A program made the position numbers and the translations under genes. DNA of 64,000 bases from Basidiobolus meristosporus CBS 931.73 (lineage: Eukaryota > Fungi > Basidiobolomycota): positions 1 to 64,000 of the forward strand of contig MCFE01000483.1 of NCBI GenBank assembly GCA_002104905.1. Direction: 5' to 3'. Shown here one piece after another: positions 34,735 through 46,542 of this stretch. The first letter of the stretch is position 1; every line of letters begins with the position of its first letter. The notes below the pieces were generated by a model. It searched no databases and was not told the DNA's origin. It was given only the letters and a program-made list of their open reading frames with translations.

Positions 34735-37700
34735 TTAGGCAGAGGCAGGGATTTGACCTCCATAGATTTCCTCCAAATCCAATTTAGGGTCTCCGATCAA
34801 CTTGAGACCGAACTTATCGGAGAGGATTTTGACGGCACTTGGTCTCAAGAAAGCAGGCAATTGGGGTCCAACACGGATATTTTGCAATCCAAGGGAAAGT
34901 AGCGAAAGAAGAACGACAACGGCCTTCTGCTCGAACCATGAAAGTACAATGGATAATGGAAGATCATGAACAGTGCAATTCAACGCCTCCGCTAAAGCTG
35001 AGGCAATTTGAATAGCCGCGTAGGAATCGTTACATTGTCCCATGTCAAGCAATCTAGGAATGCCGGAATCGCCAATGGTCTTCCACTGCAAGGAGTTGAT
35101 TCTGAATTTACCACAACCGGCAGTAAGGACCACTGCGGATTCTGGAAGCATCTTAGCCAGGTCGGTGTAGTAACTACGTTCGCCTTCGTAACCATCACAG
35201 CCACCGATGACAAAGACCCTGCTGATGTCCCCAGTTTCGATGGCCTTCAAAACGGTTGGAGCAACACCGATAACAGTTTCAGAACTGAAGCCAACTTGAT
35301 AGTTGTCAGTAACAGGGGTGAAGCTGCTAGGAGGATACTTGAATTCTGGAGTATCTTCGGTGAAGCCGGGTGATTCCAGAGCAACCTTAATGACTGCACT
35401 GAAATCAAGATCATCTCCAATATGAGCGATGTTTGGCCAGCCCACCACACCAACAGTGAATAGGCGACCCTGGTAGTCATCCTTGGGTGCAGTCAAGCAA
35501 TTGGTGGTCATCACGATAGCCCCAGGGAAGTGAGGGAATTCAATAGATTGTCTCTGCCAAGCGACTCCGTAATGTCCTGCCAAATGCTTGTATTTACGAA
35601 GCTTAGGATATCCGTGAGCAGGCAGCATCTCACCGTGAGTGTAAACGTTGATGCCCATGCCCTCGGTTTGTCTAAGCAAAGCGTCCAGGAATTTGAAATC
35701 GTGTCCAGAAACCAAAACGCATTTGCCAGGACGTGGCTTGAGAGAAACAGTGTGAGGCGACTGAGCGCCAAAGGTGTTGTTTGCATTGTGCAATACATCC
35801 ATACAGATAAGATTTACTTGGCCAAGCTCCATCAAATATCCCAACACTTTCTCCATGTCTTTCGAATCCTTGGTGGTTAAGAAATGGAAGGCACGGTGGA
35901 CATATTCGTAGATGCGACGATCCTCATGGGCAAGAACTAAAGCGTGATCTGCATATGCACAGAGGCCCTTGAGTCCATATACGATCATTTCTTGCAATCC
36001 CACGAGTGCATCGTTCTTGGTAGCTCTCATACGGCTAAGAATACCAACTTCTTTGCCCTTGGAAACCAACATATCCTCGATATCTCCAACTGACCCGGGG
36101 GTGCTGTCGAGAATATCCGAGACACTTTCTGGAATTGGGCATTTCTTGGAGCGCGTTCCGACTCTCTTGCAAAGAGATTGGTATTGAACGCTTAAACGTT
36201 TGGTAAAGTTTCTGCATTCTTGGTGGAATTCAAGGAATCGGCTGTTGTCGAAGTTGACGTTGGTTAGAGTAGAGAAGGTTGCCTTCAAAGTGTAATGATT
36301 CACTTCCGGGTATTCAACTTCGGACTCCTGGATTTGATTAGGATGCTCTTGATGCAACTGACGAAGGTTATAGGCAAACCAAGAGAGACGCTTGAGACAT
36401 GTAATAAGAAGATCCTGCAGGGCAGCAACTTCAGGGGTTTTACCACAAACACCAATAGTAGTGCACCCGCGGCCTTGGTAAGTTTGCTCGCATTGGTAGC
36501 AGAACATCTTGGCATCTTCATACAAGGTAGCAGTAGGGACTCCTTCGCCATCAGCATGCCCGCCTCTCTTGAGAATAATGCTCTTGAGTGCATTTTCTTC
36601 GTCTACACTCTTGGCGTAGGCTTCGACTTGCCAACGGTTCTCCTTCTTCAAGTTGGCAATGATCTCCAGAGATTCCTCATAGGAGATCTGCTTATTAGCC
36701 TGGAGGCACTCGCCGACAGTGATCTCCATAGCACCAGGAATGAGCCCACCAAGTCCGCAATACAAATAAGTACCATTATTGTCCAAGTAGTCGGCTACCT
36801 TCTCAGGGAAGTCCAACATTCTGACGGCACAGTTTTTCTGGTGATCACGAGAGGCAGCATCGATTACCTCTACGAGCCCCTTGCGAGTGAAATGGTCCAA
36901 TTCGTCTTGGAACAAGAACTCATGCTCGTAATATCTCATACCATAGTAAAGTCTGATACGAGACAGCTCGTGACCTTGTTCGAGTAATACTTCGCGATGT
37001 TGAAGAATAGAACGGAATACACCGATACCACTACCCAAAGCCACACCTAAAATTGGGGTGTCAAGGCGCTCGGGGAGCTGCACCAATCCAGAATGAATCT
37101 TCATGTGAACGTAAGGATCAGCGCAGTTGGGAGATTTGTTGGATAGGTAAGTTGACGCTAAACCCTGGAATTTCCCGCCATCTTCAGTCTTCCACTCTTC
37201 GACGAAAAATACAATATCAATCTTGTCTTTAGCGACAAGCGGAGAAGATGCAATAGAGTAGTATCTGCTGGTCAGTTTAGGAACGTTGCTGATGAATTGC
37301 TCCAGAGATATCTTAACGGATGGATAGCGCTCAAGAACATCCACAATGCTGAACACAGTGGAGTTGGACAACTTCATATACATGTTCCCTGCCAACATAT
37401 CGGATGCCAAGCTCTCGAGGGCTTCTTGTTCATGAGCATCGGTAGCAAGGCAGCTAAATCCTTCGATGAGTGCACGGCTAGGAATAGAGCTGATATCCAA
37501 GTAATTTTTCAAGAGTTGACGAACGGTGGCCAATGAAGGAAGTGAAACCGAGTCATCAGTTGGCTGGATTTCAACAACAGTATCAAGATCAGCATTCAAA
37601 AGCCTGGCCGCTCTAGCAACCAACTCGTCCGGATTTTCGGGGACAACTTGGATGTGGCCCGCAACATCGTACTCCAATGATGTCTGGCTAATATCGAAGG

Positions 37701-38328
37701 TTATCAGAGAACCAGTTCTCTCATAATCGGGTGCAGTAAGTCGCTTGTTGCTGGAGACAGGAACTCTAGTGTACCCCTCGTGAGTAACCTCAGGTGCAGC
37801 CCTGTCAGACTTTTGAATCTTGACCGACACAGGCAGAGTCATTTTCACATCTGATCCGGTTAATTTAGTCCATAGAGCCTTTAGCCAAGGACGGAAGGCT
37901 GTTTCATGGCCGTTTCCATCATACTCATCACCCAAACCTACAGGCAAAATGTTGAACCCGCCGAGCTGGCTCATACGCTCATCCAAACTTTTGGCTGCTT
38001 TGTTGAAGTTCTCTTGCAAAGTGCGGTTTCCAAAGCCAAACACAGCGTATCTGGTCTTGCGGAAGAGGTCGGGGGAGTGGTCTTGACGCTTTAGATACGT
38101 CCAGAGTGGAACTGCCGAGTCGGGGAACTCACCATTGTAGAAAGTACAAGTGAGAAAGACTATGAGGGGCTCGCTGGGAAGTGTGGCATGGTCAATCTCG
38201 TCCATGCGGCACAATTTTACGTCAAAGCTACGGATTCTAGCGAAGGTCTGCACCACTTTAGCATAGCCCTCAGTGGTACCAGTCTGAGTACCGTACAAAA
38301 TCAGCATCCGTGGCTTTTCTGTCGACAT
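34735..38328 (-). CDS. hcp: Diflavin (FMN-FAD-NAD(P)H) reductase fused to hybrid-cluster protein (HCP/prismane), about 1197 aa, intronless
   Basis: Reductase part (36616-38328): ILYGTQTGTTE, TCTFYNGEFP, YAVFGFGN, RYYSIASSP, GLASTYL, GSGIGVFRS, LYYGMR, ASRD, YCG, RWQVEAY. A 36-aa linker follows. HCP part (34735-36507): MFCYQCEQ-x6-CTTIGVCGK, TLTNVNFD, YGLKGLCAYADHA, SGHD, YTHGEMLPAHGYP, MTTNC, GGCDG, AGCGK, GQCNDSY, LSWFEQKA. Start set at ATG 38328 because the ATG at 38397 lies only 3 nt from a TATA box. Confidence 0.95.
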   Translation of the reverse strand: MSTEKPRMLILYGTQTGTTEGYAKVVQTFARIRSFDVKLCRMDEIDHATLPSEPLIVFLTCTFYNGEFPDSAVPLWTYLKRQDHSPDLFRKTRYAVFGFGNRTLQENFNKAAKSLDERMSQLGGFNILPVGLGDEYDGNGHETAFRPWLKALWTKLTGSDVKMTLPVSVKIQKSDRAAPEVTHEGYTRVPVSSNKRLTAPDYERTGSLITFDISQTSLEYDVAGHIQVVPENPDELVARAARLLNADLDTVVEIQPTDDSVSLPSLATVRQLLKNYLDISSIPSRALIEGFSCLATDAHEQEALESLASDMLAGNMYMKLSNSTVFSIVDVLERYPSVKISLEQFISNVPKLTSRYYSIASSPLVAKDKIDIVFFVEEWKTEDGGKFQGLASTYLSNKSPNCADPYVHMKIHSGLVQLPERLDTPILGVALGSGIGVFRSILQHREVLLEQGHELSRIRLYYGMRYYEHEFLFQDELDHFTRKGLVEVIDAASRDHQKNCAVRMLDFPEKVADYLDNNGTYLYCGLGGLIPGAMEITVGECLQANKQISYEESLEIIANLKKENRWQVEAYAKSVDEENALKSIILKRGGHADGEGVPTATLYEDAKMFCYQCEQTYQGRGCTTIGVCGKTPEVAALQDLLITCLKRLSWFAYNLRQLHQEHPNQIQESEVEYPEVNHYTLKATFSTLTNVNFDNSRFLEFHQECRNFTKRLSVQYQSLCKRVGTRSKKCPIPESVSDILDSTPGSVGDIEDMLVSKGKEVGILSRMRATKNDALVGLQEMIVYGLKGLCAYADHALVLAHEDRRIYEYVHRAFHFLTTKDSKDMEKVLGYLMELGQVNLICMDVLHNANNTFGAQSPHTVSLKPRPGKCVLVSGHDFKFLDALLRQTEGMGINVYTHGEMLPAHGYPKLRKYKHLAGHYGVAWQRQSIEFPHFPGAIVMTTNCLTAPKDDYQGRLFTVGVVGWPNIAHIGDDLDFSAVIKVALESPGFTEDTPEFKYPPSSFTPVTDNYQVGFSSETVIGVAPTVLKAIETGDISRVFVIGGCDGYEGERSYYTDLAKMLPESAVVLTAGCGKFRINSLQWKTIGDSGIPRLLDMGQCNDSYAAIQIASALAEALNCTVHDLPLSIVLSWFEQKAVVVLLSLLSLGLQNIRVGPQLPAFLRPSAVKILSDKFGLKLIGDPKLDLEEIYGGQIPASA

Positions 38329-38400
38329 ATTGGGACTTGCTTCAGAAATGCAATATAGTTGTAAGCCTGATTTATTATTTGGATGCATGGAGCTCATGGT

Positions 38401-38407
38401 ATTTATA
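38401..38407 (-). promoter_or_regulatory. Putative TATA box of the reductase-HCP fusion gene
   Basis: TATAAAT on the minus strand, 73-79 nt upstream of ATG 38328. The spacing is similar to that of the other TATA-bearing genes in the window. Confidence 0.5.
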
Positions 38408-39534
38408 TGTTTACCATATTTGAGTCCAGACAGTCCAAGGAACCCAGAAAATTCGAAGTAATCTCGAAATTGCCATCCTCAGTTGCGTTTGTAATCCCGT
38501 CCAAATTTGGAGGGATTTTTGATTACCTAGCGTAGGGTAAAACCTTCTTTCGGGTCATTTGATTGGTGTAGCTGATCTTTCGCTGACGAGCGTCACCTCA
38601 CCATGCAGAGAAATCAAAGAGGCTGACACAAGTAACGCTGCTCAAGAGCCAACCTAACAGTCAAAGTTCATTAGATTAGTGCGGAGCACCAGGTTTGTTA
38701 AAAACCCGCTGGTCGGTTGGTGAGTGGGTGTGGTTCTCACTGGTATTTGAGGTGGACAACAAATCAGCGATGGACTCGGCCGTGCTATGTTCCAGGCCCG
38801 CTGTTTGTTTTGACTGAAACCATTGGAGAGGGTCAATCCAAACGAGTACCCTGAGCTCCTGATCATTTTTCAGCCACACCAGCGTGTTAATTGGATTACG
38901 CATCAAGACATTCAATTGTATGGTTTTGTGCCCTTTAAGGATTTGGATCTGAATGCACCAGATTCAATAGCAATAACTTCGCAACTGGCCGATTGGAAAC
39001 AGAGCTGATTCAGCACACTCCCGGTGTCCGCATAGCAGATGGCACCCATATAAACGGTAAAATGCTGAACTCATGACTTCAGCCATTCGGCAAACGTAAT
39101 CAACCCAATTGAACGTTGTGATCCAGTGCTTGGATTCACGACGCCTATTGGCCATCACCCCACCAAGATATGGGCCCACTTGTTTCTCAGTAGCCCTCTT
39201 CACCGTGTATTCCCATACTATTGGGACTGATCTTGGCCGGCAGAGATGCAGCTGTATAAAAAAAGCAAGCTTATATGCTAGCCCTGAATGGAGATCAGCC
39301 ATTTTTATTGCTCCAGTTGTCATCCCCATCCTCCTGTCTCCAAACCATGGCTAGGAAATTGGTTGTAATGCTAAAATCCATGATTTATTCTACGCCAATC
39401 AATTGGTTTAGCTGGAGATCCAAGCCCGATTTGCTTCGTCATATAATAAAAAAGTCAACTATACAATAGATTGCCCGTCGTTAAATGCGACCCAGTTGTT
39501 GCTTAAACGCAAGCTACATACGAACAGCACTTGA

Positions 39535-41165
39535 CTAGTGGATCAGTCCAAGTCTGACGCTGTTTGGAACTTGACGGTCGTTATCCTTCGCCTCACTCTT
39601 AGTAGTTGTGGGCCCTACTTTACATTCCGTGGTTTCATCCCGAGCCGTTTTCAAAAATGGGATCAGGTCAGTTCCACCGGTTCCTCGAACCACATCCTCC
39701 TTATTAACTGTCCTAGCGATGCCATGAGTGTTTGACGGCTTGTTAAGGTTGGTAGAAATGGTGGTCTTTGGAGCATCCGCAGCCCCGCCGACGTTCAATG
39801 GAGTGGTCATGCCCGACTGCCCTTTCTTCGCTGGGATTACAATATACCGAGTAACCATTTGGATATGGGCGTTTCTGAATAGTTTCAACTGTTCTAAACA
39901 ACCATCAAACGCCTCTAAAAGCTCCTCCTGCTCGAAATCATCAATTTCGTGAGGGTTTCCCACTCCGTTGACGGACATATCTTGCACATATTGGCGAATG
40001 CTAGGGGCGTTCTCCAGCGCTTCCAGGAAACGGCGATGCTTACCAGGCATATACTGCCGCATCTCTGCAAAGAAGCTAACTGGCCTGTTTTTCTTCAAGG
40101 GGGTGTTCTCGGCATCCCCAGGCTTGGAGTCCCCGGTGGCGGTATGCTGAACACCCAAAGCAACATCCAGACTGTGTATCAAAGCGCTCTGACCAGCGCT
40201 TCCGCCGGCGTATTTGCGATAGCGGGAATACAGCTCCTCTTGATCGGCATAGGGCTTTACATCATCCACTCCTTGGTAGAGGATTCCGTGTGGTAGACCA
40301 GCTTCGGCCATATTTTTCCAACCGGCCAAGTAAGTCCGGATTTTCCAATAGAAGAGATATGGATCACATTTATCATACATCTGAACCAGGATTCGCTCAA
40401 GCTTCTGAATGGTTTCAGATAATTTCTGTAGCCAATACACAACTTTTCCTGGGGAATTATCGACGACCGCCTTCATAGCGTTAACAACTGCGGTGAGTGC
40501 GCGACCACCTTGAGCCTCAATAGCTGCGGTAATTAAGTAAAACCAAGCTTCGTCATGAGAACCGGTAAACGTGTGCATCATAGCCAAGTTACTACGTTTT
40601 CAAGTTATAAAACAATCAGTTCTTCCAATTCAATCTCTAGCAGCCCTTGGTATTGATGTTTACCTCAGGTCTAAAGGACCATCTCTATCTAAGAGTCTCC
40701 AGTTCCAGATGACAATGGAGGCATTGCACAATACTGGGCTCATGTCCAGAATGCTAGCCAGTCTCGTGAATGGAACAGCAACACAAGGTGGTAATACTTG
40801 TGATACGGGCTCATTTTTGCCCCAAATAAACCCATGAGTGAACATGGAAAGGATCACGAAGCCTCTCTGCTGCTCAGCCTCAGTTTTCAGATGGCTGATC
40901 TCTAAGATAGGTAACTGAAGTTGATTCGTATTAAAACCACTGGTGTAGGAGAATCACATAGAAACGAATTCTCTCAGGATGGTGTACATACTTGGAGGAT
41001 TTTTTGGCGAAGCTTGCCGGCCAAGAGCAACTCCTTGAGGTCGTCCATAATATATTCCCAAGGCTCGTAGTAAGGATTTAGAAGACGTCGTAGGGGACCA
41101 TTGGGAGGAAGAAATCCAGTTTCGGTAGATATGCCAAAATCTTCTAAGCGAGGGATTCTATTCAT
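39535..41165 (-). CDS. BNA2: Indoleamine 2,3-dioxygenase, 493 aa; exons 40992-41165, 40664-40914, 39535-40591
   Basis: Motifs TGFLP, FTGSHDEAWFYL, GGSAGQS, MRQYMPGKHRRFL, FRNAHIQMVTRYI (proximal heme His) and GTGGT. Two GT-AG introns (40915-40991, 40592-40663). Exons total 1482 nt, in frame. Confidence 0.95.
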
Positions 41166-44100
41166 TCTAGCTAATGTGACGTGATATAACAGATGCAGGG
41201 ATGGTGATTGTGAGGAAAAATAATTCCAGTGAAGCCTTTTGAATTTTGCCTCTGTATGATGTTACGGGTGAAGTGGGGACCTCTGATACGGACAAGGGAA
41301 ATCCTGACCTAATTACCTAGGTTTATATACTGTCATTTGGATGATTTACAACCCGAACAACATCTTGTACTCCCCGACTGCTTTTTCAATATCCCAATAC
41401 CAACCAATAACAAGTCTCGATAAGCACGATACTTCACGGTGTTTAAACTAGATTAAAAAGGAAATACTCCTGATGGTTGTGATGTGAACTATTTTCTACC
41501 TTGTCTGCCCGACCATCACTGCGGGAAGGAATGGACGCAATTCGTGAATTCCCCTGGATAATCCCTAGAAGATGCATCATAATTGTGTAGATGTGTAAAC
41601 CAGAAAGCTGCCGAGTGGTGAAGAGTATGTCGCCATTGAAAGAGTGGTGTTTGTTAGTAGTCGGCGGGAAAAAGAGTATGGTGTGACAGGATATCACACC
41701 ATTCGACCAATGGCCCAGGCCATGTCATCTTGAAGAATTGAGCCAAGTATAAAATGATGGTCGCTAGGCGGATCTTTCCCATTGGAAGGTACGATAAATT
41801 AATCCGAACTTTATTGTGAAAGTCAACCATCTTGATGACTGATGGAGAAGGTGATCTTGCGAATTAAACTCCGATATCATCATCTGGTAACTTGACAGGA
41901 TAGCCCAGACACAAGTATTGACCGCAAGGCAGGCCCCTCGTTTTCAACCGCTTTAGTTGATTTATAACAGCAGTAGTTACATGTGTTGAGCTACTTTGTC
42001 CCATCACCTTGTGATGCTTCATGACTAAGGATGCCATGCTGTTTTCAACTATTTCCAATGTCCGATATGGATTGGGGATGGACTGCCCAATCACAGGCCT
42101 GTGAAACGTCGAATAGGGCAGTGTGCATTGGCAAATCTAAATCGGAGTATCCAATGCATGACTTCCATACTGCCAAAAACGATAAGATAATCATTACCGT
42201 TGTCGCCAAGAGATTCATTCAGTCATTGCCTAAGGTCACATGTCCAAGTCGCAAGGGGAATTGCTGGTGTATATCCTTGTCACCTTGAAACAGTGGGCTC
42301 GGCCAAGTAAGTCAGGCTTACTGACCTACACTGGTGGCTATTAGCTCAAAGTCCTATGCTCAACTGCCAGGTAGAAAGGTTTCTGGTTAACAAGTCACGA
42401 GTATGCAATGATTGGATTTGGAGGAAGCCCCATTCCAGTTGATTGGGTTCCCTTAGATCCATAAAACATAACTTGGTGCAAAGTATTGACTGCAAATTGG
42501 CCGCCTATACACTCCTCAGCTAGTATGTAAGTTCCCTTTGAGTCGATTGGCTTCAAGAGTTGATCAAGTGTAGGGTGGGTTTATTCGTTGTCTAAAAATT
42601 AAATGGACTTGTATTATGGATCTGAACACACGTTTGCCTGTGCTCAACAAACCGATGCGATTTACAATAAAGAGTTATACACTGAGGATATTCTAGTCTT
42701 TGAGCAGATGGGTTAGGACGTAGACATTACCCCACCTGGGCACCTTGTGTGGCGGGCGAAAGGGGCGCGCGGGTGCCAGATACCAGGTGCAGGGCTGCTG
42801 GTCTTAATGATCCTTTTCTTGCCCCTGAGCAGCTGTACCCAGCATACCAAATAGTGAGGACTTTGGATATGGACTACGTGGTAGTTTACAGCTTTCTTTT
42901 ACCCATTTGACATCCTTAGAGAAAGATATAGACATAGTTGGCTTATGAGAAGAGTTCTTCACTCTTCCCATGATAGTACTTGGCCTATTGCTTTCAAGTC
43001 CTATGGTATGTGCAGTGGTGGACATTTTGAAGGAAGCAGTCGGTGTGGAAAAGGCGGAGTGGGTGTGATATCGGGAGCTAATCAGAATGTGCGCAGACCC
43101 AAGAATACAAAGTTAGGCACCAGTTTCAAGGGGAGAAATTAGAGTTGGAACAAGCGGCTAGGGATTAGCAGGTTATGGGATACTTGCGGCTTACCAGTGA
43201 CAAAAGGAAGAGACGTCTCAATATATAAGTCCAGGTTCAATCATGTGAGCCCGCATATCGAATAAACCAGAGGCAATGTTCTCTAATATGGAAAATGCGA
43301 ATTGGCCAAGGGGCATATTAAATCTCCGTGGCTTGGGCATTTGGAGCGGTTGGCATTACATGAACATCAATTATATGCATGACTCTGGTATTACATGATA
43401 TCATGTTTATGTCAAACTGATTTTACGGTCAATTGTTCTCAAGCCTGCAATCGCCTTTTAATCCACTCATAACATTGTACATCATTCTTGTGGAATTTGA
43501 GCCTATGTGATTTATGCCCGTTGCTTGAGAAGTCTCGATGAAATACGTATTGATATAAGGAAGGCTGTTATTCGTGAGATGTGTTGGTGCTGATAAGGAA
43601 GTGTGCTACATGAACAAGATTGTTCGGGTCCATGCTGAGAAACCAATTGCAATACCTTCAGATTACACGTTTCTGAAGAGCAGTAACACCGATCCTTTAT
43701 CTGAAGTACATTGTCAGCCCATCGTAATCCCGCCTTGGGGACGGTGCCGAGCGCATGTGCAAGGAGTGAATTCCTCCGGCAACTGAGCTCTTGGATTGGT
43801 TCAGCCCTTAAACATGGTTAATGCTATAGCGAGTTTACGAAGGGCAAAGACGAAATTTACTGTGATTCAGCCCCATGCATTTTTAATCTAATCTGAGGCT
43901 TGCTGAGGCTTTTCCGAAGTTGAACCGAGTGCGATGTATGAAATCTAAACGGTGAAGAAAGGTTGATTCGTAAGATTGGTCCCTTCATCGGTAAATTATC
44001 TCCAAGCACCAGGTCAGGTTTCCTGCATAAAGGGAAGTCGGCAAGAATACTGCAATGGTGAAGGCTCAGCATCTCATACCATGTAATCCCGATCTGCGAA

Positions 44101-46471
44101 ACTTGAAATCGCCCTGGAAGTAACCGGGATACATTGAGCTATCAGGGGGTGCCGAGCTTCATTAGCCTTCGCCTTCACCTTCACATTGCATAAGAACCAA
44201 ATCATTTTGATTTCGCAGCTTGCAATCGGATTTTCACATGAACAGATATGGTATTTGATGTATGGAGTTGTTCCACCGGTCTTGGCTATTTCCCACTTGG
44301 GATAATGGTTGGTTGGGAGGCAGCAGGCGATTCCGACTATATTCAGTAATCTACCTCGAAATTCCCTTCATCCTTATTCACCAAGCAACAAAGGCCAACG
44401 GGCTTGAGATACACGAGCGTGCATAATCTCAGCTGACCTCCAGTGTCTGCTCACCACAACGAGCCGGGAGAGGGCTGAGGCTTTCAGTGCGATTGGCTTG
44501 TGACAGAGACTCCGTTGATAGGTAATCTTCCTTTTCTCGTATAGCTTCGGCGGATACTGTACGTGTTGACAAGATGCTCTGGGCTGCATATGCCAAGCGT
44601 TTGGTTGTGGCTGATTCGTAGCGAAAACACATCAGTGTGTACGTAAATGACATTTCTATCAATCCAAGTTGAGGAACCAGTTAGTGTACAGGAGAATAAA
44701 CCTCTAACATTCAAACCACTGGAGTGTTGCTTAGCATGTCGGCCATTTTTCTGCTGGAATCGCCTGCTGGCATGACGACGGTCTTACAGCTGGATGAACT
44801 TATCAAACTGTAACAGAACATGACGTAGGAGAGAAGCATATTCCATCATCGTGGAGCTTGGTTTTTCGCCGCTACTCATGCAATGCATTGTGCATTGATC
44901 ATAAACATAGGCTCATGATCAAGAATGTTTCGGGGAATCGTTTTAGTGCTAGGTGGATTCCAATTGGGTCTCCTGCCATGCATTAGGATGGCATGAATTG
45001 AAAGGTAAGGGGTGGGGTTTTGTAGATCCATTGACCTGTGGGAATCCGTGAGAAATATCAGTGATGGATGGGGGTTCGTTCAGGAAACACCATCAGTTGG
45101 TTTGTGATCTAATATCAAAACAACCTACTGAACCCAGTGGCCAGTATGGAGGTTCATGGATTTCTAATGCGACTCCTTAGAAGTGCGCGCCCGGTTTGCA
45201 TGGCCGTAGGGAGAGCAAATCCCAACGATCATCCGGGGCGAGTTTCAATTGTACGTATAATAATATTGGTTTTCTGCTCTATATGGATCCCTAGGTTGAT
45301 GATATTGTGGTGGTCCTCTATGCTTTGGTATGCCAGGCAATCGAATTAAGGCATCCACATCTTAATATCGGCAGAAAAGCTGGTTTCCTAGGATCTCAAA
45401 ACCAATGCAGCCTCTGGCATTAGAGAGTACGCACATAACGCCCTCACTGCATAACGTTTTGGATACAAGATTATGGCTATGGCATCGCTACTTTGCCCTA
45501 CCATCTGTAACTAGCTTGTTTCTGACCGGATGATTTGTATCAACCCTCACGTGGAACTAGCCATGCAACTTTCAGTATCATGGGCCCAGTATATGACAGA
45601 TATCCACCACGTAAAGCAGGCAAATTATCCTTTCCTATAGGTACGGTCCTATGTTCGATCCACAAAGAGTATGTACCCTCTGACATACCAGTAAGATTCT
45701 CGCCAGACCTAAGCTCTCCCTCCGCATGGAGCCTGGGATCCAGTCAAGATCGAAGAAACAGAGTTATGCTGCATATAGGCAGACTCCCCGCTGCTACTTG
45801 GTTGTTAGGGCTTTTCATCAGGCAAGCATCAGAGAGCGTGTCCGCGACGGAATCGATACCTCTAATCGGCAGGCAAGACCGGAGAGAGCAGGCGCAGGAC
45901 CTAGGCATGGTGGCGAGGGACTAGAGCCACGATCTTCTGCAAATGTATTCAAGTAGATGTTTGATTTTTCTGTGCGGTCTAGTTGCAAGGGCAGTCGTCT
46001 ACGGCATCGCAGGTGAAGAGTGATCCACCCTAATTAGCGCTGTGTATGCACTCCAGTATTATCCAAACATGCTTCAGGCATAACTATGTGATGTTATCTC
46101 AGACATTAGAATATTAATGGATCATGCATTGTGTACTTTTCCAACCCAGTGATTCAATTGTACCCAGGAATCATGCAACTAACGGCAAACCTGACCATTG
46201 TGGAGACTAGTCATATGTATTAGATCGTACAAGGTGTGAATATTACAAGGATTTCTCCTGTGATTCTCACTTTGGGTGACTAGATGCTTTACCATTCCGG
46301 CCAAAACTGATAGGCTTTCGCAGGGAATTAGCATAGTTTAGCATAGTTAACCGTCCAACACCTTCACCTCGCTTATTTATGCTTACGGTGCTGTACATGT
46401 GCATGGTGATTTACAATTTTCTGAGATCGTCCGAATTAGGATCTAGGGCCCCAGAAACCCTCCGAGCATTA

Positions 46472-46478
46472 TATAAAT
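46472..46478 (+). promoter_or_regulatory. Putative TATA box of the cyclin gene at 46543
   Basis: TATAAAT 65-71 nt upstream of the ATG. Confidence 0.5.
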
Positions 46479-46542
46479 AGCCAGTAGGTTTGCTTTTAGA
46501 ACTGCTGGAAACCAACCCATCATCTTTGAACTTGACAGTACT

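Noticed and set aside
36295-36987. 230-aa plus-strand ORF and other ORFs within 34.7-38.4 kb
   Set aside because: Antisense shadows of the reductase-HCP coding sequence.
34735-38328. Bacterial contamination as the explanation for the hcp gene
   Set aside because: It is contiguous with intron-containing fungal genes, has a TATA box, and shows no operon context or obvious compositional break.
38329-38397. N-terminal 23-aa extension of the HCP fusion (possible targeting peptide)
   Set aside because: That ATG lies 3 nt downstream of the TATA box and so is probably not in the mRNA. The extension also lacks clear presequence character.
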